Below, piece after piece: positions 51,481-60,836 of a stretch of DNA of 64,000 nucleotides (the stretch's first letter is position 1; every line of letters starts with the position of its first letter). Below the pieces are notes generated by a model. The model did no database searches. It saw nothing but the letters and a program-made list of their open reading frames with translations, and had not been told where the DNA came from. The position numbers and the translations under genes are program-made. This stretch comes from Basidiobolus meristosporus CBS 931.73 (Eukaryota; Fungi; Basidiobolomycota): the NCBI GenBank assembly GCA_002104905.1, contig MCFE01000022.1:171240-235239 (forward strand), in the 5' to 3' direction.

Positions 51481-53879
51481 ACAATTACAAGTTTTTATAA
51501 CATAGAGATCATATGACTATATCTTACCACTTGCAAATTTGTCATGAGTAGGATGTTAAAATCTCATCAGATACACAATACTGTTGACTAAGACAAGTAT
51601 TACAAGCTAGTATATAATGGACCATTTAGAAGTGGGAGAAAGTGCAATAATCAATGAAAGAAAGGCACACACATGAACTTGCCATTATGAAGCTAGGATG
51701 AGCAATGTGAGACTTAAATTGCAAAATATTTCCCAAGGTAAGCCATATAACTGTTTGGCCAAAGGCAGACACAACCCTGATCAAAAGCAAATTCAACTAA
51801 TAATGAGAGAAAGATACAACTGGGGGGACCAATGCTTAACAAGGTGAGGGAGCATGTTGGCTCAATAGAGTGAGCTCATAGTTGGTCTCCAGTATACCAT
51901 TATGGCTAAAGTGTCTGCATCAAAGCATATGCTTGCCAAAGATATAGGATGCAAATATTTTGGGAATGTGCCAAATTTACAAGCTTTGCACCAATAAACC
52001 ATCCAGTCTGAGTATTAAAAGTATGCAGTTGGAGCATGTGGGCATGTATTCAGAGGTTAATTGGTAAGAAGCAATAGCTTGTGCAGCTCATACTATATTC
52101 AATGTACCTGTGGTTAAAAAGTGATTTTTTTGTTATGCACTGAATTGCCAATACTGGGGGGGGGGTGTTGGAGCAGCAACATATCTTGAAAAATAGTATG
52201 GTGGAAGCACACAATATGTAATGGCAGTCTTTATGTATACCACTGTAAGTCCATCAAGGATTTGGCAGCAGGTCATCAAAACACTATGACTGTTTTTACT
52301 ACTGCTGGCAATCCATACCAATTGACCAGTTATGTGGAGCAGATCTGCCATGATAATCCAATCAAGACAACTCCAAGATTTAGCAGTTTTGCTAGGTGGA
52401 GCTATTTTAGTTGTGTCATAACAGATTATTGAGAGTTAGATCTGGTTCAGATTCACCATGGAAGATGAGCAATGTACTCCAACATACTGACATTCTCTAT
52501 TATTGTGAGTGTGGCAAACCAGATGTTGTACTAGCCCTCTGCACCTACTTATGCACCCTTGTTAACAACTGAACAGCAAGGTAATGAAGAATACAAAGAT
52601 CATGAATCCAACAACATTAATAAATGGGGTAAAAAAATGACTATTCAGTGAGACTTATAACCCATTCATTATGGACATTAGATGCTAAAACCATCAGCAC
52701 AGACTGCCACAAGGTCAAGAGCACTTTTCTCTTGAATGCAAGTAACACTAATAATGGAACAGTAGCTATGGACCTAAGCTGTCTGTAGGGTACACTAGTG
52801 CAATACATTGACTATAGCAAATTACCAAGGTGGTGGCAAATATTGTTACTGTTATTAAAGGATGAGTTAATCCCAAAATTCAATGCCAATTGGCCAAATA
52901 TTTACCAAGTGCTTATTTATCCATGTTGACTGTGCCTGATTATATCAGGCTTTCCACTTTGTCTAATGTGACATGGCCTAAGAATTGCCCACTACTCAAA
53001 GCTGGCTTTCCGTCTTCAATTGCTTTTGCAAACTGGACTGCCTTATCGTGCTTCCACTTCTTGAAATGGCGATATACCTGAGGATACTCAGTCTTCATAT
53101 TGATCAACTTCAAGTGCACTCCCATCGCGCCACCCCATAGAAATAGGCATCGGCAACAGTACACGAGTCTCCAACAAGCCAAGAAGCTCTTCGAGTCGTG
53201 CATAGCCAAGTCTTATACGCTCCCCTCCCTTGTCTTATTGACTGTTGGGCTTCTGGATCATCAGCCAATTTATGTGGACTGAAAATAGGTATGAACGATG
53301 TGTGGAAGCCAGCATGGAGATAGGCGAGAATGTAGTTGAGTCTGCCAGACTCCCTTGTTCCCTGTTGGAAGCCTAGTCGCTTACTAAGATCCTTTGTGGC
53401 TTGGTGATGTAGAATCGCCAGGCTTTTACTTAGCGCCTCATTATCGGGAAGTAATAGTTCTGGAGTTTGGCGCTGTCAATTGATCTTAACATACCTAGTA
53501 TCATCAGGATTAATAGGCATCTCAATTCGGCATAGCTTAAATGGTTCGTTGAGCCACTCGGCAGCTACAATGGAGCCAAAGGAGCAGCCGTGCGGAACGC
53601 CGTAAAATAGGATATACTCACTGGCACATGCATTTTGTTACCTGTTGGTGGGGGATATTTAATAGGTAATTGAGTCAAATATACACTGGTTGATGATCTT
53701 CAAACTGGATTATTGAGCGTCCACCTTAACTAATACTGATTATCTTTACTCCCAGGTGCAGCAAGTCGATCCGATGTTACTTCATATGAGCAGGCACAGC
53801 AGATGAATATTCTAAACAATCATTTAGCAGTCACCACTTTGCAATGTACGATGCTCCTGGTGTTGTTTTTGCAAACTGG

Positions 53880-54010
53880 ATTCTCGTGTCGTGCTTTCAC
53901 TCAACGAGTCTGTCCAATACCCTGGTTCTTGTGCTGGCATTGGACATGTAAGGCGACTAATGGAATGAACAATGAATATTTATTGACGTTGGGTGAAAGT
54001 GCAGTTTTCG
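53880..54010 (-). pseudogene. Possible GNAT acetyltransferase fragment
   Basis: LHVQCQHKNQGIGQTR* resembles GNAT motif A (V...Q/R..GIG..L) and is followed by a stop. Confidence 0.3.
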
Positions 54011-54679
54011 GTACATTGGGTGTCTTATATAGGCTCAAGAGACTGCGAATCCTGATTAGCACAATCATCGCCACATCGAACGTCTTCCATAGGCTCAGTG
54101 TACTGTGTGTCATGGTCAGAGCATCCTTCAACGCATTGAGTGTCTACTACCAGTGTTAAGTATATCTCATCTCGTGCTGGATGAACAATAACAATGGGGT
54201 TAGAGCTGTTGTCTGAGTGTTCGGAACTCTTCTGTTTCTAAAGTGCACACCTTCCTTGCCAACGTTGATTAAATGAGGACTTACTATGGTCCCAAAGAGC
54301 TGTTTGTTGCACTGAATATCATCCAGTATCCTTGTTGGGAATGCACTCTACAGGTAGTTCTGTAAAGTAGTGTTCCCGAAGTTTTTTTGTCATTGTGCTC
54401 ACAGAATCCCATGACATTTGAAAAGAGTATAATAATGGCTATTATACAACAGTCCATGTAAGAATACTGCCAATCCTGTGTGCATAATCAATACCGGCTT
54501 GTGTATACTTGAAATATTTAGCTCTTTATTTTGGAAAATCACTAGCCCCAAGCCATAACTTGACGAGGCAATAAGCACATCACTTATATTTCTTGTGGCT
54601 GGCCAGGTGATGATGGCTGCTGCTAGGGCTGATGGAGCGTTTAGTTGATAACATGGGCTTGATCGAACTGCGTGAGATT

Positions 54680-55400
54680 GTAAAGTGCACAAACCTTTTT
54701 GGAAAGAATGCTATTGACAACGCCCAACAAGACTTAGGATTGCTGAAGCTTGGAGAGATCGAACCCTTGTAATCTCAAAGTCTAGCTTGACCGGTACAGC
54801 TCACCCATTTCCAAATCATCTCCCTCCTCAGTTGACAGCTGATATCCATTGCTAGGGATCAATGTCTCCTGACAGCAAGCTCCAGATTGTTTAGCCTTTT
54901 CTTGCTTGATGCGGATTACGGTCACGATATTGAGTAATGGTACATATGGAGGGATTCAGGGACAAAATATATTGTAAATTCTGGAGCAGGGTCGGTTAAA
55001 ATTACCCCTTGAGCTCAAATTCTTATGGTTAAGAACAAAGGCGTGTTGTAGATAGGCCCAGGGCCACGGTCGCGGCTATTAGGTGAATGTGAATAGACTA
55101 ATTGTAAAGTTTCAGCACCACATACAGCATCCTCCATACTACACTGTCAAAGTCCGTGTTGATACCATTGGGCAACCTGGCCAACAGTGCCTGATCCTGT
55201 AAAATGAAGACGACCTCCCCTTTCTTTGGCTCACACACCTTAAATAGTCCAGAGTAGGCAGTCATACTTGGTAATCCCAAGTCACCAAGATGGTATGCCG
55301 GTGGAAGAGAAAATCACTTGCGTCCTTAATCTTGAGAAGGTCTTTATCTAGGGGGAATGGCTGAGTATTTTTCCATCCCGGAAGTTTGCTCATTCATATT
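54680..55400 (-). pseudogene. Decayed NADP-dependent alkenal/prostaglandin reductase (MDR family)
   Basis: Fragments GW.KYS, LPPAYHLGDLGLPSMTAYSGLFKVCEPKKGEVVF and, after a frameshift, SGTVGQVA match the GMPGLTAY..L..V..PKKGE.VFVSAASGAVGQ motif. Contains frameshifts and stops. Confidence 0.6.
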
Positions 55401-56098
55401 GTTACTATACGAGTATGATGGCCACATGCAATTTGCTTAGGTTGGTATTGGTGCAGATAACTCAATCACATCGCTATCATTAGTATTTTGCGCTGCCACC
55501 AGATTAGTTCCGGTAGCCGAGTTTGAGGAGTATCAGGTTGCTTGCCCCAGTCTACTGAAGCAACCTGCTTGCTGATCCTTATCTCAATATTAATCCTGTT
55601 CTAGATCTGTTTTATAAACTTGCTTGAATACCTGTTTGTTGATAACACATACTTCTCAAGCATATAAATCGTAGATTAGGCTGGATAGTCCCAGGCAATC
55701 CGTCAGCTTCAGATTGGTTAACAACCTGATCAATACTGTGACATGGTTGTCGATATTTCGAAATTGGTTACCAGTCGCAGGTGGTTGGACATTAAGGTGA
55801 TATCTGTGAGAGTACTGACTAATTGCCAGAGTTGAAGTACAACAAGGCACAGAAATATGGAGTGTGTCCACTATGAAGCCAACTATTTTAACATTAACCT
55901 GGTTACATTCTCTCCGACCTGAAGGTCTCACACTAGAGAGTAAATGTTACAATGGCTAATTGCTGTTCAGCCAATGTCACTCATATACCCAAAATATGTC
56001 TTGTGGACTCACTGGCAAGATGCCAGTGGCATATTAGAGCATGCCCAACAGTATAAAATCAGATCCGTAACCAGTTAGCCAGTCAGGAACACATCACG

Positions 56099-57257
56099 AT
56101 GAAGTTTCTTCTAAATATCCTTGTAGTTACCTTGTCTATTTTCGGGGCACTCTCATTACCTACATCAGCGGGGGGAAAACAACTATCTAAAGAATCAATA
56201 AGCACCTTGTCCCGCCATGCTGTCTATGCAGATGCCGCTTACTGTCCTCGGCTCCTCGGAGAGGTGTGCAGTGCAAGGTACAGGAAAGAAGAAATGAGTT
56301 ACTTGTCAAAACAGCAATTGGGTTGGTTAGATGAGCTGAAAGTTATGCATCACTTTTACTTTAAGCCGGCAAAGCTTTACGCATATATTGGCTACTCCAA
56401 AAAGTACAAAGAAGTAGTTCTAGGCTTTAAAGGGTAGAGTGCACTTTACTCCCCAGCAATACTTCCAAGGTTGTTAATTTTATGCCCCATTTAGTACCTC
56501 GTTTACAAGCTTTAAAAGTGTGACGGTGAATGTTCGTCAGACTCTGGTAAAATACAAATATCCCGATCAAAAGAGCACAGGCAGCAGCAATTACATGGTG
56601 CATCAGGGATATTCTTCAGCCTTCTCCGGTCTTGCTAGGTCTACTCTGATTAAGCTGGAGCAACTAGCTAAGGCCAATATACCAGGGAGTGGCTACAAGT
56701 TGGTGATAGTTGGCCACTCGCAGGTAATTAACTGTATTCTTGTGTGCCGAGAGTATATGCTAACTGTATATTAGGGCGGTGCTGTAGCTAGTGTAGCTGC
56801 GATGGAAATCAAGAAAGCATATCAATTGCAAAAGCCTATTATCTCTAAGCTGCGTGCAAAAATACCAAGCTCCCATATTTTCCTCCACACGTTTGCCCAG
56901 CCTCGTATCGGAAACAAGGATTTTGCAAACCTAGTGCACAGTGTAATTGGAGTCAACAATGTAGCCAGAGTTACCAACTACTGGGACCTTGTTCCTAGCC
57001 TCCCTTCTTTGAAGGACTCCTATTTCCATCATCCAAATGAGATATTCATTACAGGTAAGCATAAGGTTGTGCGTTGCAAAGACGTGGCCAATGGCAAAGC
57101 CATTGAAGATGCATCATGCAGCGCAGCTGCTAGGGTATTGGCACTGTATATGTGCTCTGATTCTAATGCTGGTGTATGTTCTGAGGCTCTCCGTTCTCAG
57201 TTTGAGGAGCATAGACTCTCACAGTACGTCAAGTACCTAGGCGCAGCAGCTAACTGA
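56099..57257 (+). CDS. Secreted class-3 lipase, two introns
   Basis: Signal peptide; YADAAYC; VVLGFKG-T; spliced IVGHSQ-GGAVAS nucleophile elbow; TFAQPRIGN; RVTNYWDLVPSLP; YFHHPNE. Confidence 0.88.
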
Positions 57258-57884
57258 TCGGTTGCTTTTTCATCCACCTCAAATAAACAATTAAATGATA
57301 ATTAATTTAATCCAATGTCTCAAATATAGTCAGAATTAAGCTTCAAATTTATATTTGCGGAGTTGGTATTGTGATAAAAATTAGAAAAGGATAGAAAGGT
57401 GTTTATCAACAGAACCAGGTGACACAACCCATCATAGCAAAAATTAAAGGGTATCATACTCAAGTGCGCTGTTGTATGTCCCAAATCAAATCTGGATTAC
57501 AATGGCAAAGTGAGAGGAATACAATCACCTACAGGTAAGGCTTGTATTTTGAGCAAAACAAAGTAGCTAGTGATACTTGTTTAGCTTCTCTTCAAGAGTG
57601 TGGGGGTCAGAGGGGCTTTCATATAGACTAGAAAGAAGAAATGACAAGTTGTCATTGCTTAAGATATGTTTTTAAGGAAAAGGCAAAACTTACCTTTGCA
57701 AAAATGGTTTGTAATTATTTTTAATAAGGTAATTTTAATCATAGTCAGTATCTTCCATAAAGGGAGTATTATACATAATCTATTATTGTCAGAGGTCTAT
57801 CAAGCACTGCACAGAGAAAAGCTTTGGCTTCCATAACTTAAGTATTTGTGGTGAGTGTTGTGCATCAACATTTAAAACTTTGCC

Positions 57885-58550
57885 AATTTTACTCCGTTTG
57901 AAAATCTAGTACCCTAACTGATTTTCCCTAACCCAAACATAACAAATCCCAGTTACAGTTTATTTGATCCCACCTCAGAATCTATTTTTAGCTATCACAC
58001 CTGATCTATTTTCAAATGGTCATCACGTTATCAACCTATCTGCCAAGCCTTCCCAGGTGATTAGTCATCTGAGATCTATCCAACCACTGTGCAGTTGCCA
58101 AGACATCAGTTGATTGATGATGTAATTTTCATTTATCTTATGCACCTATGAACACCCAAATTGATTTCCATCAATCCAGTCTCTTGGCGCTTACTAATTC
58201 AACTTGATCAGAAAAGTATAAATAAAGTGTACTGAACCTTTTGGTTTAGTGTGTGTCTCAATGAAATTAAGATTCTGTCTCAGCAAAAATAAGAATCCAA
58301 CAATTCCGTTCTAGTTTCTATCCAAGCCTAGTATATCTAGCACTCCAAGGAACACCAAGCCTAGCCTGCCTAGTAAACAAATATCATTGCATTTATAGCC
58401 AACCCAGCTATATCCAAGACCAATATTAGATCAGAATCTTTCTGCTAATATTTCCGCCACTCTCTGACAATTCTAAGATTCTGCACTTAATTGTTCCTTT
58501 GGTTCAGTTAAACCATTCAAGAGTTTTATTACACTTTCTCTTGGATACAA
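57885..58550 (+). repeat. Subtelomeric repeat family, copy 3 (uninterrupted, retains CpGs)
   Basis: Aligns to 49095-49500 plus 49855-50090. Begins with ACCCTAACTGATTTTCCCTAACCC. Confidence 0.85.
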
Positions 58551-58592
58551 CATTTTTTTTGTTGAATTCCATTACATTCAGCCGATTAGAAG

Positions 58593-58817
58593 ATGTCCTC
58601 AGCAGCAAGCAATCCAAACCTTTCCATGTTGGAAGAAGCCAGAAGAAATCAGGAAGAACTTACTGAACAGCTTGAAAACATCATGCTTGAAAGAAATACC
58701 ATGATGATTGAGCACTCAAAGCTTGCCAAAACAAGATCTGATAATCACCGTAGAGATGAACTCCTTGAAGTTATATCCGGTTACCAAGATGAAATTGGAA
58801 TAATTAAGGAAGGTTAG
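58593..58817 (+). pseudogene. Coiled-coil-like ORF apparently truncated by telomere addition
   Basis: The open frame (EEARRNQEELTEQLENIMLE...) runs into GGTTAGGG. Its stop TAG (58815-58817) is part of the first TTAGGG. Confidence 0.5.
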
Positions 58818-58845
58818 GGTTAGGATAGGCTCAGGGTAGGGGGGG
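58811..58845 (+). repeat. Interstitial degenerate telomeric tract at the 3' junction of the proximal retroelement
   Basis: AGG TTAGGG TTAGG ATAGG CTCAGGG TAGGG GGGG. Confidence 0.9.
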
Positions 58846-58870
58846 AGACAGTCACCAACAGGTGAAATCT
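58846..58870 (-). promoter_or_regulatory. 3'-terminal stem-loop of retroelement copy A
   Basis: Element-sense AGATT-TCACC-TGTT-GGTGA-CTGTCT, preceded by AATAAA and followed by a C-run and CCCTAA-like repeats. Confidence 0.6.
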
Positions 58871-60797
58871 TTATTTCAGTTGAAACAAAGAAGCCAGTGC
58901 TACTGTTGTAGCTTTGATACAAGAGTGTGTAGCTGAGAGGAACTTGTAGGTAAGTTAATAAGAAGTGATGATAGTTCTTCAGTGCTCAAGACACTGTTCA
59001 GTGGGAAGGGGGGTAGCAAGAGAGGTAAGAATGACTTGTGAACAACATTAATGAGGGGAATGTGATAAGGATTGATATTCATCATAAAGGGAGTGTGCTG
59101 CTGCAGATATTGCTGCCAAAGGTCTGTCAAGTACTTCAGGTAGGCCAGCTTGGGTTTATCTGACTGCAGAATATAGTGAGCAAACTTCTTGACTTCAGGA
59201 TCTCCAAGTATAGTTCTCCAGCAGGAGTCAGGTGTTGTGTGGTGTGTTCTCTTCCAGGCCTTAATCAGTGGGTTGTTGCAGTTGTGAAGTCTGAGGTATA
59301 ATCTGGTTCTAAGGTAGAGAAGTCTGATCTTATAGGGCATAAACCCAAAAGCACCAAGAATAGCATGTCTGTAGGGGCATTCAGGCAAATGAGGCACCAA
59401 GGAGGTAATGCACCATACTGCAAACTTGTCAAGCTTAGTGCAGTCTCTAGAAGTAAGAGAGAGAAGTGGTAAGCCAAATTCCAGGACAGGGAAGACAAAC
59501 TGCTTGAGTAGAAGGAGGCAGCTGGGAGCTGAAGTTGTAGGAGGAGTAACAGCCAGTAGCTTGTGGAGTGCCTGTCTTGCCAGGATAATTCTCTTCTTCA
59601 GGTGTGCTCCAGAGTCTAGTCCAGTAGGAAGGAAAGGAAAGCCAAGATATGTAGCAGAAACCTGAGCAGGTAGAGTGGAGTTCTCCAAGTTGATGGGAGA
59701 GCCCAAAGGTACTGTCTTTGCAATGGAAAGCTGGAGATTGTTCTTCTGCAGATACTGGTGGATGGTCTGGGAGTCTTGTTGCACATTGGAGGAGGATATT
59801 CTGATGTCATCAGCAAAGAGAGTAACCAGGCAGTCAGCTGAGAGTCTTGGGAAATCATTCAGGAAGATGGCAAACAGTATAGGACCAAGCACAGAGCCTT
59901 GAACCACTCCATTAGGAACTGAGAACACAGCTGATTGCTCACTTGGATGCAGAATTCTTGCTTGTGGATCCAGAAACAGAGACCTGACAAGGAGGGTGAG
60001 AGAGGTACTGGAGAAGCATTGCAACTTGGACCAAAGCAGATTTCTGTCAACTGAATCAAAGGCCTTAGTAATATCAAACAGAACAGAGGGATACTTGCAC
60101 TGGAGAGAGTGATCTTGGCTAAGTATGACTGCATATTCCAAGGAGAGGCCAGGAACAAAGCCAAACTGTGCAGGATGAGACTTGAGGGAGTCAGAGTAGA
60201 GCTCCTGAGCAAGCAGAAGCTCAAACACCTTTCTGCAGGTGGGCAGCAGAGATATTGGCCTGTAGGAGCTAGGATCCAGGTGCTTTCCTTTACCCTTGTA
60301 CAGTGGCAGAACATTTGCAAAGGACCATTCCTCAGGAGTAGAAAGCTGGGCTGAGCATTGCTGAAACAGTGGAAGCAGAAGTGCAGACATGGCCTTGGTA
60401 CTAGTCTTCAGAAGCTCATAGGAGATTGTGTCCACACCTGGAGCAGTAGAGTTGGGAAGCCTCTTGAGCACATTATGGATTCTCCTTTGATCAAGTGCAA
60501 GTGGGATGGGCAGAGTCTTGAAGTCAGGATGAAAGCCAGGAGTTGAGTGCTGCTTTGTAGAGAAGAAGATGTTAGCCAGCTGTTCTGTTGAAGGTAACTT
60601 CCTGGAAGAGGGCCTCATTGCCCTGTAGAGTCTTGATACTGTTCTTGTTATAGAGTTGGAAGATTGCAGAGGCAAGGAACTCATAATATGATCCCAGAGC
60701 TGAGTATGCAGAGTGTGGTGAATTGCCTTGGAGTGGTGTATTGCTGTCAGGAGGAGTTTCTCTGTTTTTGGGTTAGGGAAACTCAGGTAGCTTTGTT
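58846..60797 (-). mobile_element. Non-LTR retrotransposon copy A, 5'-truncated (RT intact, endonuclease lost)
   Basis: ORF 58900-60797 carries APGVD, W..ANV.P.YK, YRPISLL, QFGF, FDITKAFDSVD, GVVQGSVLGP, LFADD and YLG. About 9 mismatches to copy B over ~1.95 kb by eye. Confidence 0.95.
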
Positions 60798-60811
60798 TAG
60801 GGTTAGGGGGG
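60797..60811 (+). repeat. (TTAGGG)2GGG spacer between the two retroelement copies
   Basis: CTTTG T TTAGGG TTAGGG GGG AGACAG. Confidence 0.95.
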
Positions 60812-60836
60812 AGACAGTCACCAACAGGTGAAATCT
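60812..60836 (-). promoter_or_regulatory. 3'-terminal stem-loop of retroelement copy B
   Basis: Identical to the copy A hairpin; AATAAA on the minus strand at 60836-60841. Confidence 0.6.

Noticed and set aside
51500-53280. Possible decayed coding sequence (e.g. minus-strand ORF 52940-53209)
   Set aside because: No family motif recognisable by eye; a translated search would be needed.
57922-57938. TTTCCCTAACCCAAA shared between the subtelomeric repeat and the LINE coding strand
   Set aside because: Only about 15 bp, mostly the telomere motif itself, with no flanking similarity; insufficient for common origin.
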